A DNA stretch of 64,000 nucleotides, from positions 1,302,001-1,366,000 of the forward strand of contig NC_043010.1 of assembly GCF_006345805.1 (NCBI RefSeq). Direction: 5' to 3'. The position numbers and the translations under genes are program-made. Source of the DNA: Octopus sinensis. Its lineage: Eukaryota. The notes beneath the pieces are model-generated. The model ran no database searches and was not told the origin of the DNA. It saw nothing but the letters and a program-made list of their open reading frames with translations. Positions 39,142-52,385 of this stretch are shown one piece after another. Numbering within the stretch: the stretch's first letter is position 1; each line of letters starts with the position of its first letter.

Positions 39142-40145
39142 CGGGATGTTCGGGCTAAATTTGAAGTTTTGTAATGTGTCTCTTTTTTCAGGAAGAGTTT
39201 GATGTGTTGGCGAACAGTCAACAGCGTTGGTGTGTATAATGATTAAAGCCGTAGTTAAGTAAAAGTTAGGCCATTTGGAGGACTGGAATCCATCTGAATA
39301 TTGGAAAAGAATCACCTGTACCATGATGGTTTGCACTGGGTGTCAAAATGTCGATATGATAACTGCTGCTCAATGCTCTGTGAACACTGTAAAGGTTGTA
39401 AGACGTGACATGGACAGCTGCAGCAGAAAGTACAAAGCCATGACCAGCAGAAAAGAACACAGAAAACCATCTGGTTGCATCTCCAAGCCGGAGTTCTTCC
39501 AACAAATGCAGGACAAGGTGATAAAAAATCAGAGCAAGGGAATCCAAGCTTTGGCGAGTGAGATGGGTGTTGGAGTCGCCACCATGAAGCTGTTCCTAAA
39601 TGTGGACCTTCGCTATCACTCGTACAAGAGACGTAATGCACAAATTCAGACAGTAAAAGCCAAGGAGAACCGCTTGACGAAAGTGAAGAAGCTCCTGAAC
39701 AAGCTGATGCATCCTGTTGGTCTGGGGATAGTCTGGTTCTTTTCCGATGGAAAGAACTTCTGCCAGAATCAATTCCACAACACTCCGAATAACAGGTGGC
39801 TTGTAATGTCCTACATATCATGGAAACCAAGTTCCCCCGAACTGTGATGCATTTATGGTGTTTCTCCAGCGAGGGTGGCGTCATGCCGCACCATATCTTT
39901 GGGCAGGACCTTAGGTTTAATCCAGACGGCTGTGTGAAGCTGCTGGAAACTGTGGTCAAACCCTGGCTGGAGGGGGTTGCTTCTGGAAAGTCATAAGTGT
40001 AACAGTAGGTTTCGGCTCCTTGCCATATTTCCGGTAAGAGTCAGAGGTGGCTGTCGGAGAATTTCTACGACTTCATCAGCCCCAATTTCTGGCCCCTCCA
40101 AATTGCCCCGATTGTAACGCCATGGATTATAATTTGTGGGGCGTA
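39142..40145 (+). mobile_element. maT (DD37D) transposon, 3'-truncated
   Basis: TA followed by CGGGATGTTCGGG at the start. ORF 39275-39847 (WFFSDGKNF, NNRWL), then SAPCH...PPNCPDCNAMDY. Confidence 0.85.
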
Positions 40146-40559
40146 GATATGAAAGAGAGAGGGGGAGAGGGAGAGAGAGAGGCGGGGGCTGGGCGCAAAG
40201 CTGACTTCGGTAGGATTTTCACTCGGAATATTTTATCCGGGAACATTTATTGCGAGGCATTTCATTTGAGTTGCTGAGTCTCGAGGAAGGGCAGGTACTC
40301 ATGTTCTCTGAAGCCTTTCTGATACCGGTCAGCTTGGAACCCTTAATGTTTCCTTAACGTTCTACTGCTGTGGTACGCAATCGCTTTCTTCTTTTCCTAT
40401 ACACTTCCTGACATGCTTGAGCTCAAAGAAACGAAATATCAATTACGGATAAAAAACAAAGTACTTCCAAGTTAAACACTTTAGAAAAGAAATCCAGAAA
40501 TACTATGGTTTATCTAATTTTGAGGTACGCAAGTACGTTTCATACTTGCGTAATCCAAT

Positions 40560-40860
40560 ATTATGAATAAAGCATTTGGCAAAAATGTTCGAGAATTAAT
40601 ATGGATTCTCCGCATTGAAAGAACACAGTTTCGATATGTGATTAGAATGACGCAGGAAAGATTCGCAAGATGGATTCTTCAGACCGAGCCAGGAAACTTA
40701 GCGGCTGATAATATCCATAGTCTTCGTTGGTCACTCTTAGGAATGCTGCTGGAAAGTCTAATGACGATTGTTTCCGATAGGACCCAATGGAGGTGGTAGG
40801 TGTCTGAGGATTCTACTATCGAGATGAAATAGTAATCGCAGGGGTCCTTAGCTTAAAAAA
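40560..40860 (+). mobile_element. RTE-like LINE 3' fragment
   Basis: LRIERTQFRYVIRMTQERFARWIL...DRTQWR. Confidence 0.55.
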
Positions 40861-42106
40861 TCGGTGGAGACCCACTGTTTCAAGCCGTTTTCCAAGTTGT
40901 CGACTTCTCCAAAGATTTGTGCAAGCAGAAGATTCCGTGGGACCGAGAATCAGCCAAGTGAAATGGAAGGAGTGGATATAGTGTTCAGCGTGGAGTCGGT
41001 GGTGGTGGTGGTGGGGAACACAACATGACTGATGAGAGGGGGAAAGACGTGAGTACATGAGGAGTACCAGATCGGAGGTGACCTGATACCAGCCAGCTCC
41101 AAAGAGGCGAAGTCGCTGCAGTAACAAGTTTAAAGAGAGTTGAAAGAAGATAGACAGCAAGTCGTGGGTGGAAAGACAAAAAATGATTGATAAATAATAC
41201 CTTTAAATTATATTTTAAAAAAAAATCAACGTTGCATTGTTTGGGAAACCTAGCGTTAATGATTCTCCCAATATCCTGCCAATAGGTAACACTTACATTC
41301 ATAAAGTTGAAACCGTTTTCCAAACTATTACCTATGCTGCCGAAGATTATGAATATTCCAGCGCTACATTTTCAATATACTTTCTTTAGAATTAAAATAT
41401 TTCCACTCTCTTGCGATTTTTCTCGTCTTTTCCTGCAATTCATTTTTATTATTTCTTTTATAAATTCTGTTATAAATTTATGTTTATAATTATTTCCTTG
41501 TATTATTGTAAGGAAATGCAAATTTATGCAAATGAGATAAAATTTAATGATTTTTAAAATCATATATTTATTTGTTTGTGTGTCTGTTTATGAATTTATT
41601 TTAAAGCTGTTTTAAGAATTATCTTATTTGTTTCAAGTTCTTCTATGAAAGCTTCTCGGTTAGGAAAAAAAATTGATAAAAGAACTTTGGTTATGTTCTG
41701 TCGATAAAGACGATGACGTCATGATATCACGTGTCATCAAACAGAATATTGAGATGATGATGCGCCTGCGTGAGTTGGCAGTCGTTGCTGGATACACCGA
41801 ACCGACTATCAAGTAATTGTGGCGTTGTATATACACATATACATACGTACGTACATATATACATACATACACACACTCACGTACCCAAGCATGCATACAT
41901 ACATACATACATACATACATACATACATACATGCATACATACACACATATATACGCACATGTATATATGTAAATATACATACATAAATTCATACATACAT
42001 ATATTTAATATATATATATATATATTATATATATATATATCTATACACATACATACATATATATAATATATACAATATATATATATATATATATATAATA
42101 TATATA

Positions 42107-42139
<33 letters not shown>

Positions 42140-42453
42140 GATATATATATATATATATATACGCACACACATACATACACACATGTATATCTTTACACGT
42201 ATACACATATTCTTGCTGGATAGTTTTATAAAAGGTTTGAAATGATCTAAATTTCATTTGAACCTAGTAATACTTTCAACCTGTTTCCAATGCTCTGAAG
42301 CTCTCACACCCACCAGAAACACTGCGTTTGATGATGTATTTATTTTACTGGCTTCAACGATGCACGGGTGTATTCGAGGCACCCCGTCATCAGCGGAGCA
42401 TATTCGGAAAACAAAGAGAGCATTAGGAACGTGGGTGAATTTAGTCGGTGGCA

Positions 42454-42498
<45 letters not shown>

Positions 42499-42571
42499 TG
42501 TGTGTGTGTGTGTTCGTGTGTGTGTCTTTGTGTCTCGGTTTGTCATCCACCTCTTGAAAACCGGTACTCTT

Positions 42572-42815
42572 ACTCTTTTACTCTTTTACTTGTTTCAGTC
42601 ATTTGACTGCGGCCATGCTGGAGCACCACCTTTAGTCGAGCAACTCGACACCGGGACTTATTCTTTTGTAAGCCCAGTACTTATTCTATCGGTCCCTTTT
42701 GCCGAACCGCTAGGTGACGGGGACGTAAACACACCAGCATCGGTTGTCAAGCAATGCTAGGGGAACAAACACAGACACACAGACACACAAACACAGACAC
42801 ACAAACACACACACA

Positions 42816-42857
<42 letters not shown>

Positions 42858-43035
42858 TCCGGTATGGATTTCTTTAAATTTCCATAAACTAGTGGTTCGA
42901 CAAAAGAGACTGATAAAATAAGTAACAGACTTGCAAAAAAGCAGAAGTACAGGGGTCAATCTGTTCGAATGAAACCCTTTCAGGTTGTGCCCAAGTATGG
43001 CTGCAGTCCAGCGATGGAAACAAATATGAAAGCCG
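42572..43035. mobile_element. Two SINE A 3' halves, divergent (42572-42810 -, 42890-43035 +)
   Basis: Homology to family A. Confidence 0.75.
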
Positions 43036-43189
43036 TTGGTGTAATGTCATCTCTTTCTTTTGAAAAGAGAATTGACCGAGATTGGAGGATTTCGTTGTTG
43101 TCTTCAACATCTGCTGTTTGGGAACGTAAGCCTGCTGCAGTTGCCTCCCTTACATTCCAAGCATTAACTTGTATCGTCACATAACGGGA

Positions 43190-43998
43190 AAAGGAATGAA
43201 GGAATGAATGAATGAATTAATTATAATTAATTGAGGAAGGAGGGAAGGAAAGAAGGAAGGAAGGAAGGAAGGAAGGAAGGAAGGAAGGGGGGGCATGAAA
43301 GAAAAGACGGAGTAAGAAACAGAGGAAGGATGGAAGAAATGAATAAGCGAAGGAAAACAAAAGGATGAAGGGAAAGAATGAAGAAGGAAAGAATGGAAGA
43401 AGAATGAAGCAAGGAAGGAAGGAAAGAAAGGAAAGGTGGAAGGAGAGGAAGAAAGAAGGAAGGGAAGTAGGATGGCTAAACGTTAAGAACATCGAAGATT
43501 TTTTAAAATGTAAGGAAAAGAATGCTGGGAAGAAAACGAGAGAGAGAGGGGGAGGAGAAGAAGAGGAAGAAGACGAAGAAGAGAAGAGAAGAGAAGAAGA
43601 AGAAGAAGAAGGAGAAGAAGAAGAAGAAAAAAGAAGAAGAGAAGAAGAAGAAAGAAGAAGAAGAAGAAAAAAGAAGAAGAAGGAGGGAAGAAGAGAAGGA
43701 GAAGAAGAAGGAGAAGAAGAAGAAGAAGAAAGAAGAGAAGAAGAAGAAGAAGAAGAGAAGAAGAAGAAGGAGAAGAAGAAGAGGAGAAGAAGAAGAAGAA
43801 GAAGGAGAAGAAGAAGAAGAAGGAGAAGAAGAAGAAGGAGAAGTAAGAAAAGAGGAGAAGAAGGAGAAGAAGAAAGGAAGAGAAGAAGAAGAAGGAAGAA
43901 GACGGAAGAAGAAAGGATAAGAAAGAAGAAGAAGAAGGAGAAGAAGAAGAAGAAGAAGAGAAGAAGAAGGAGAAGAAGAGAAGAAGAAGAAAGAAGAG

Positions 43999-44047
<49 letters not shown>
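43190..44047. repeat. Polypurine tract: (GGAA)n, (GAA)n, (GA)n
   Basis: Directly visible. Confidence 0.95.
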
Positions 44048-44048
<1 letters not shown>

Positions 44049-44049
44049 G

Positions 44050-45390
44050 AACAGTCATAAGAAAGGCGAAAGCTGTCTACCCCTCCCGACTGAAAGAAGA
44101 CGGAAGGGTGATCTCCAAGATAGACTTGGCCGATAGCTGGATCCGTTCTACACGCAACAACAGCTGTTCGAAAAATCTCCCCGAGTCTGTAATGCGTGGG
44201 CATTGGTCAAATGCATACAGAACGGACAGGTCTGTACCTGTAGAGCTTGTCTCGAACTGTCAGAGCACCCCGGTAGCACTACTAGGCTAGGGATTTCTGG
44301 ATATTGTCCATAGGTCCCGGCTCGAAAGTCTCCTCCGGTGAAGATCATCGAAATGATCTTTCCCGGCGACCAGAGATTCACCGGGAACGTCATCGCATTT
44401 ACTCGCCTCTGAACCGTTATAGAACGTCAATGTGACACTTCCACCGACCTCGTTGCCCGACTGACACTCCAGGGGTCAAGAGCTCTGCCTCGGTCTATGC
44501 TTCATCCAGGACTGCTGTTCGTCAATGAGACGAGCTCTACAGAATCCCGTCTCACAAACGGTAACCACATCTGCTCATCGTCAAGGAAAGGCTGGGGGTA
44601 TCGCAGCCTCAGCGCATGTCTGCGCAGCATGGGCAACTGTATGCTTAGCCCTCCTTGTAACGGCTGCTGACAGCAAATGAGCCGTCTGAGAAGCGGAACC
44701 TGCCCCTTCCATAGAAAGCAAAAGAGTAGGCGCTTCTGCTTGATCAGCAATGGAGCAGGGCAAAGGACGACGGTCAAACGGTAGTAGATGATGGGTGCGA
44801 TGTACGCATGCGCAAACTCCAACTAACTTTTCTGGGACAACTTCTCGTCCTGTTTCTGGGTAAGGCTGGCCACCTTACTCGTTACTTCTCCCCACCCAGT
44901 TCTTGTTTACCTGGACCAAACGAGACCCCGACCAATTTAACCAGTCCTTCTGTTCAGCGCCCTACGTTACTGTCGGGTGGCATGGACCTGCCTCTCCAGG
45001 TACTGAGCTGCAGACCCACTGACTTCTCGTGACACGTGAGCCAGCACATGCAGAAGAAGCGAGAGTGAACATCCTTGGCAGACCGAACGCTCGATGCTAA
45101 ACGATTCCTATGGGAGGATATTTACTTTAACCATCGGGCAGATGTCACTGTACATTGCAGCGATCCAGCCTTTATAAACAGGACCAAAACCAACTGCTAC
45201 GAGGACAGCTGGCAAGTATTGATGGTTGACCCTACCGAAAACCTTGGGTGGAGCTTTGATTAATCTGGGTTAATCGAAAGCTTTCAATATTGATCCAAAT
45301 TGTTCAAAGCCTCATCCATCCCAGGTTCCTTACCTACTCTCTCTGTATAGATATATTGTACCACCTGAGGTGGAGGTTGTCGTGGATAGA
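44050..45390 (-). mobile_element. L1/Tx1-clade LINE ORF2 remnant with internal deletion
   Basis: PNRSIHDNLHL and a decayed RT stretch (45390-45030); GLQLSTWRG; FLWKGQVPLLRR..GGL..RRHALRLR; decayed CCHC region (AFDQCP). Confidence 0.85.
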
Positions 45391-45404
45391 TCTGTTAGGG
45401 ATAT

Positions 45405-46600
45405 CGCATGTCTGCCCTTTGCCAATCGTATACAGTGCAAAGATTGACTCAAACAGTAGCGATCAACTTAAAATATATATTGAGGCAACGGAACATGCAT
45501 TAAAAAATAATTATTACAAACATAAACACTCACTTGTAAGCCCGACAGAAAATGTGCAATGGCTTTGTTGAGGTTTATATGGCTCTTGCGTGAGACAAGT
45601 TACCATGAATTAAAAATTACCCAGCCTGTTGTAGATAATGCACAACTTTACAAGAACGGGAACTTCAAATCAAAAGTGCGGTGTGACCTTTGTTTGCGCG
45701 AAAAACTGGGAATTGTGATTCAAGGCACTAATAGTTTGAACAGAAGAAAGGAGCTGTTAACATTTTGTATGTATACAGCTAAGTATCTTTTATGCAAATA
45801 CAGCTCGCCTTGAATTTTATTATGGTTCAGAGAGGAAAAAGCGTTGGTTTTCGGAATGTTTAATTAATAGGTTTTATTGAAATAAGTTTGAAATATGTGT
45901 GTGTGTGTGTGTGTACGTGTTTGAATGTGAGTATGTATTTAAACATATGTGTATATGTATACAAGTATGTGTGTATACATGAATATATAATTCTGTGTAT
46001 ATATTTGTGTCTGCGTCTGCACAGGCGCATACAAAACGAACTTTCGCTTACATACTCGTTGTTTTTAAAAACGTTAATTAAAAGTATTATTTTGGAACAT
46101 TGCTTAAACAGCAACGTAATTTCATTACTTCGATTGTATGAAGTTTAAGACGTTTTCAGAATAATATTACCATGAGAACCAGAAATGAAATCTAAAGATG
46201 GAGCTTGAAGCAGCCGTTTGCGCAAGTGTCGTTCAATTTTCTAAACGAAAGAACTTAACGATAAGCGTTTATCATTGATAAACCTCGCTAAGATAAATAT
46301 TTCAATCACCTGAAGATTGACTGTAACCATAACTCGAATTATTACGGATTGGACAGCCATGAAACGATCGTAGTGTTTTACTCATTATCTTTTATTAAAC
46401 TTTTAATAATTTTGATATATATTTAAAATAATATAAATGAATTAATTTTATGTATTGGCTTAAGTTTTTCATTGTATGATTTGCCTAATAGTGGTTTTAT
46501 CTCTAATTTAATATAATATTTTACTATAAAATTGGATTCAATCCTAAATCTGATTTTTCCCTGTAAGTTTGGATTTATTCCCTAATATTTTATTATATAT
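45405..46600 (+). mobile_element. Naiad-like Penelope element 3' end (GIY-YIG remnant, 3' region, HHR)
   Basis: CPL-IVYSAK...IYIEATE..KNNYYKHKHS, then FIWLL...CDLCLREK...LNRRKEL (45405-45813). An HHR follows at 46304. Confidence 0.7.
46304..46378 (+). ncRNA. Type I hammerhead with long stem II
   Basis: AATCAC-CTGAAGA-T-TGACTGT...ACAGCCA-T-GAAA-CGA-TCG-TA-GTGTTT. Confidence 0.65.
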
Positions 46601-46906
46601 ATATATATATATATATTGAAAGAGCTCCACTTTCCATTCGAAAGTGAAAAGAAGTTACATTTACATTCTAAAAATCATTTCTAGCAAATAAAATATAACG
46701 TAAAAAGCATTTCCTACCACAAAATATAACAGAAAAATATTAAACGTTGTGGGGCTGCCGTGAGGCCCCTTGCCAGGCTTTGATACTTCTCCAAAAGGTA
46801 CTCTGATTCGCAATGATACTTTGGCGAAAATTCGGAATATGCATAAACCCATAAATATTTTCAACCTTTTCTTCGAAATTTTATATAGATATATGTGTGT
46901 GTGCCC

Positions 46907-46938
<32 letters not shown>

Positions 46939-47352
46939 TTGTATGTGTGTGTATGTCTGCGTGTGAGGGGGGATGTCTATCTGTCTGTCTGTCTGTGTAT
47001 AGGATCTTTTCTGATTGGCTCACAAGTTTTGAAACTTTAAAATCAAGTAAAAATTTTCAAATTTGATATATTCATGTAATTTTTCACGTGAATTGTGATT
47101 CACTTGTTTCAGAAAGAAAAAAATTAGAAAAATGTTGCAGAGGTTTTAAAGTTTGATTATTTTTACCCAATCAGAAAATAGAATCTGGGAGCTGGCATTT
47201 TGTGCGTGATGACATGAAGACGGCAATACATTCAACGTCGGAAGTTTTAATAAATAAAGTAATGGGGAATGTTGGAACAGGCATGTAAACGATATAAAAA
47301 CTGAAAAATGGTCAACACACACACACACACACACCACACACACACACACACA

Positions 47353-47391
<39 letters not shown>

Positions 47392-47396
47392 GATAT

Positions 47397-47430
<34 letters not shown>

Positions 47431-47589
47431 TAATGCTAAGTTAATATAAACGTTTCAAATTTACCGGCAAAATTAGTTTAAGACCATGTAAAATATATGC
47501 ATTTTTTTTTTGCCAAAATGGGTGGTCACACACCTAGCTTAACTGCACTATATAGTGTTATAATTTAACGTTATTATACAATTTATTAA

Positions 47590-48303
47590 TAATGGGAAAA
47601 CAACGTAGCCTCAGTACAGTCACGAGAGCAAAAATCGTATATTACGGCAAAAAGTTTCCTTTTCGAACATCGACAAGCAACTAAAGTGCAGGAAAAAGTC
47701 TTGCGTGCAAGCGTGGAAGTTATACTCGGAGACTGGTCAATATAAAGATCGACAAAGGACTGACGCCCCAAGAAAAACGACAATTCTTCAAGTTGCATCA
47801 AAATAGTTATTGTCTGCATCATTCGAAAGAGAAATAAATTCTGCATAAGGTGTAAAAAATAAAAATAATTTGTATGGGGTTAGTAACAAAATATTTTGTG
47901 AGAAATAGAACTTTTATCATCGGCATTAAATTTATTTTTGCCAGTGTAGAACAACTGAAAGTAAATGAGTCCACTTTCCAAACAATAAAAGTTTCCTTCT
48001 TGCCTAGGTTCGGCTCGTCAAAGACGATCATCTGGTTCTAGAGCTATTATTTGCAAAAGAACTAGAAACAGACACATATGGAGGTTCAATATTTCGTGTC
48101 ATTGAGATGATTTTCAAAGTGAAAGACATCCCACTTATCCAAATTTTAGCTTGTACAACAGAATGGGCACCATCTATTGCAGGTTGTCATCGAGGCTTCA
48201 TTAGTGTATAGAGAAATGTTGTACCGGGTATTCCTTCAGTGGGTACTAGGAATGTACTCCGCGAGCTAAGAGGCGGCAGCCCGATAAAACTTGGGAAACA
48301 CTG
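47590..48303 (+). mobile_element. hAT (Buster/Charlie, SCAND3-like) transposase remnant
   Basis: ELLFAKELETDTYGGSIFRVIE..FKVKDIPL..ILACTT..APSIAGCHRGFI, and the 3' TIR TTGGGAAACACTG at 48291-48303. Confidence 0.75.
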
Positions 48304-48432
48304 GTTTAAGCTAATTCTCTTGCATTACTTCGTGTGGAAAGGCATAACCGCCACTTGACCACATTTTTCTTGCAGATACGGAATTTGTTACTAATGGGAA
48401 ATAAATCTCCGTAAATACTTGCATGATGGCAC

Positions 48433-48860
48433 ATATGTATGTATGTATGTATGAATGTATGAATGTATGTATGTATGTATGTATGCATGTATGAATGTAT
48501 GAATGTATGTATGTATGTATGCATGTATGTATGTATGTATGTATGTATGTATGTATGTATGTATGTATGTATTTATGTATGCATGTATGTATGTATGTAT
48601 GTATGTATGTATGCATGTATGTATGTATGTATGCATGTATGCATGTATGTATGTATGTATGTATGTATGCATGTATGTATGTATGTATGTATGCATGTAT
48701 GTATGTATGCATGTATGTATGTATGTATGTATGTATGTATGTATGTATGTATGCATGTATGTATGTATGTATGTATGTATGTATGCATGTATGTATGTAT
48801 GTATGTATGTATGTATGTATGTATGTATGTATGCATGTATGTATGTATGTATGTATGTGT
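48433..48860. repeat. (TATG)n microsatellite
   Basis: Directly visible. Confidence 0.95.
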
Positions 48861-49435
48861 GTGTGTATATGTATTCTTTTACTTTAACTTGTTTCAGTCA
48901 TTTGACTGCGGCCATGTTGGAGCTTTGTTCTATTTCTCTTTTAAATTTAGAATATAAAAAGGACATGCATACATACTTGCAAGCGTATATGCAGGCATGT
49001 CTGTATTCATGTATGCGTGTATGTAAGTATGGATGTATGGAAGCTTTACATATATGTATGTGTGTGTGTATATATGTATTTCTGTATATATATATATTTA
49101 TATATATATGCGTATATACATGTATGTATGTACGCGCAAAATACCGGATGCAGTGCTCCGGCGTACGATAATCCAGTGGGTGTGTCATTTCTCAAGCTTC
49201 CATTGAAGCAAATGTCTGGGAGAAGGTAATTACGAAATAAGACCCGCCTCGTTGCGAAACTGGCGATCTTGCCCTTGCTCGTGTCTGCTCCACTTGGCTT
49301 TGTAGGTGAGAGTTTTGGTGGTGCTGTACAAGGTGCTATCTTAGCATGGGTATTGCCGACAGCCATGGTTTTTAACACCCAGAATAAAATGATTTATCAG
49401 TAACGGTTATACTTGTCTACTACCGGACAGTTGCA

Positions 49436-49466
<31 letters not shown>

Positions 49467-51070
49467 CATGTATGTATGTGTGTGTGTATGTATTTATGTA
49501 TGTATGTATGTATGTATGTATGTATGTATGTATGTATGTATGTATGTGTGTGTGTGTCATTATTCAATTTTATTTCAAGATCTCTTACAAATAGAGGAGT
49601 CGGTTCCAAACCTAGAACCAAAGCTCCTTCATTGGAATTTCAACAACATCAGCAGAGTATTTTTGTATGTATGTATGTATGCGCATGTGTGTGTGTGTGT
49701 ATGTAGTGGGATTTTATGCTACGTTTACCAATGTCTATGAATGTATGTATGTATATACGTATGCATACATGCAAGTATGCATTATGTACAAGTTTGTGAA
49801 TATGCATTAAATATATTTACTATAAGGTAAAAAGACTTAGTCACAATATGTTTATACATACATATATAATATATAAGATAATATAATGTAATATAATATA
49901 ATATTATATAAAATAAAATAAAATAAAATAAAATAAAATAATATAATATAATATAATTATAATATATATATATAATATAATAATATAATATAATATAATA
50001 TAATATAATAATATAATATAATAATATAATATAATATATATATATATATAATATAATATAATATATATATATATATATATAATATAATATATATATATAT
50101 ATATATAGATAGATAGATATATAGATATATGTATGTATATCAGATCATTAAGAATGAAACGCCTGATATTCTTATACATTAAGTTTGATAGACATTAACT
50201 CTCATGTTTTATCCCAACAATTTTTTGTTTTACAACGTTAAAGAGTTACATCATCACTTTTTGAAATGCAATTCATGGTATCTGATTATATTATGATTTT
50301 TCTCTTGTAAATCAATTTTTGTGAACTGATAGATAGATCAAAACTTCGTGTTATTTATGAATATGTGTTCCGTCGTGGAACCAATGCGTCCCAGACAGAT
50401 CGAAACATCAATGAACTGTTCGGTGAAGATGTAGCGAATGAGCGTACTGTACGTCGATTGTTTGGGAAGTAAGATGAATAAGGATGAGCTGGAAACAGTA
50501 GTGGAAGCGGATGCATCTCAAACCACGCGTGAGTTAATAGCAAGGTTTGATGTTTCGATTCCAACTGTATTGAACCATCTGAAACAAATCAGCAATGTAA
50601 AGAAGCTGGACAAGTGAGTACCACAAGAACTGAACGGGCATCAAATGACACATCATCTTGAAACTTGCTGACCTTTGATGTCACGGCATAAAAGCGAACT
50701 GTTTTTGCATCGTATTGTTGCGTGTGATGAAAAATGGATTCTTTTCAGTAATAGCAAGGGTTCTGCATGGCGGTTGGATAGAGACGAAGTGCCAAAGCAC
50801 AATCCCAAAAAGAATATCCACCGAAAAAGCTAATGGTGTTTGTTTGGTGGTCCAGCGCTGGTGTCATCCACCACAGCTTCATGAGACCTGGTAAGCCAAT
50901 TGCAGTGGATGTATACATCGTTCAACTGGATGAAATGATGAGTGAACTTGTAATTAAACACTCGCGATTGCTTAATAGAGACAGACCAATTCTCTTGCAA
51001 CACAGTGCTCGACCACATGTTGCATAAAGAACGCCACTCAGGGTACAGGAACTGAACTTGGAAGTACTCT

Positions 51071-51750
51071 TCTATATTGAAGAGATGAGGAATTATGTAC
51101 TTTATTTACATTATTCACATTTGACGGATATTTGTCCCCATCTTGTTTGCCGGCCCCTCAAAAAAAGGGTAGACGAACATCGCAAAGCTGTGACACGAGG
51201 AGATATTGATAAATCGGGTATAGCTGATCATATATGGAAAAATGGAGACCACCTCCCCACCTGGGGGATGAAGTTAAAATAATAGACAGAGAACACCACT
51301 GGGAAATACAGAAACTAAAAGAAGCAGCACATGTGCTAGGACACAACAACCTCCTAAGCAGACCGAGTGCAGATATGAGCAGCATATACGAACCGGTATT
51401 AAGGAAGGATAGGAGAATATTAGATATATAAGCCCTAAAATTCACATGGCATAGTGGTTAAGACCGCGGGCTCCTAACCCCAAGATTCCGAGTTCAATAC
51501 CAGGCAGTGACCTGAATAATAATAATAATAACAAGAATAATAACATTAATAACATTAATAACATTAATGCCGTAACATTAATAACATTAATAATATTAAT
51601 AATAACAACAACGAAAAATACCTTAGGAATGAGAACCCAGGTTCGAAATTTCCCCAAGACCACCTGATGAAGGCTAGAGGGTATATCAGCCGAAACGTTG
51701 TGTTAACAACAAACAAGATGAGGACAAATATTTGTCAAATGTAAATAATA
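51071..51750 (+). mobile_element. Penelope-like element: inverted tail + GIY-YIG C-terminus + tRNA-like head + (TAA)n + HHR
   Basis: RPLKKRVDEH...SGIADH.W / VKIIDREHHW..KLKEAAH (51151-51431). 13-bp TSD TTGGAAGTACTCT at 51058-51070 and 51751-51763. 51078-51150 is an inverted copy of the 3' tail. Confidence 0.88.
51658..51704 (+). ncRNA. Minimal type I hammerhead (PLE family)
   Basis: CAC-CTGATGA-A-GGCT...AGCC-GAAA-CG-TT-GTG, with palindromic AACGTT in place of stem III. Confidence 0.7.
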
Positions 51751-52184
51751 TTGGAAGTACTCTGTCGTCCACCTTATTCGCCAGACCTTGCACCAACAGA
51801 CTATCACATTTTCTTGGCATTAGACAACATTTTGCAAAGAAGATGCAAAAACAGCTCTTCGTGATTTCAGCACCCCTTCCTCTCCAGAATTCTTCGCTGC
51901 CAGCATAAATAAGCAACTGATAAAACAGCAAAATTGTGTTGATAATTTAAGTGCATACTTTGATTAACTGCATTGCTTTTTGTTGAGATAAAGTAAAATA
52001 AACAAATAAAATTACAGTTCAAAATCGAACATTTCATTCTTAATGACCTATCAAAAAGGAAAATTATAATTATCAGTAAATTGATTTGGGGCTACAAACA
52101 TCTGCATTGCTAGAAATAAGACCTAAAATGCCCTGCTACCGTAGTCAGTGCATGCGTGTGTGTGTGTATAGATGTGTGTGTGTA

Positions 52185-52230
<46 letters not shown>

Positions 52231-52249
52231 TATGTGTGCGTGTGCGTGT

Positions 52250-52385
52250 GTAGGCACAGGTGTGGTTTTGAGGTAAGCTGCTTACTTCCCAACCACATGG
52301 TTCCGAGTTGTGTCTCACTGCGTGGCACCTTGAGGTTTGTAAGTGGGTTTGGCAGACGGAAACTGAAAGAAGCTCGACGTGTATA
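52250..52385 (+). mobile_element. SINE A 5' half (internally deleted)
   Basis: Homology to family A. Confidence 0.7.

Larger units (their letters stand above)
50140..52051 (+). mobile_element. mariner transposon interrupted by a Penelope insertion
   Basis: TIR-like TCATTAAGAATGAAA at both ends. Decayed transposase with CDEKWI, QHSARPHVA and PPYSPDLAPTDYH. Confidence 0.88.

Noticed and set aside
41020-41060. CTGATGA-GAGGG-GAAA hammerhead-like string
   Set aside because: There is no stem I or II pairing, and the homologous copy near 34050 lacks the core.
41295-41361. Minus-strand exon AGIFIIFGSIGNSL resembling GPCR TM1
   Set aside because: The acceptor is purine-rich, and the following residues are polar and unlike TM1/ICL1.
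42350-42400. Minus-strand CTGATGA with a good stem II
   Set aside because: GAAA is replaced by GCAT and no NUH plus stem I register fits. At best it is a fossil.
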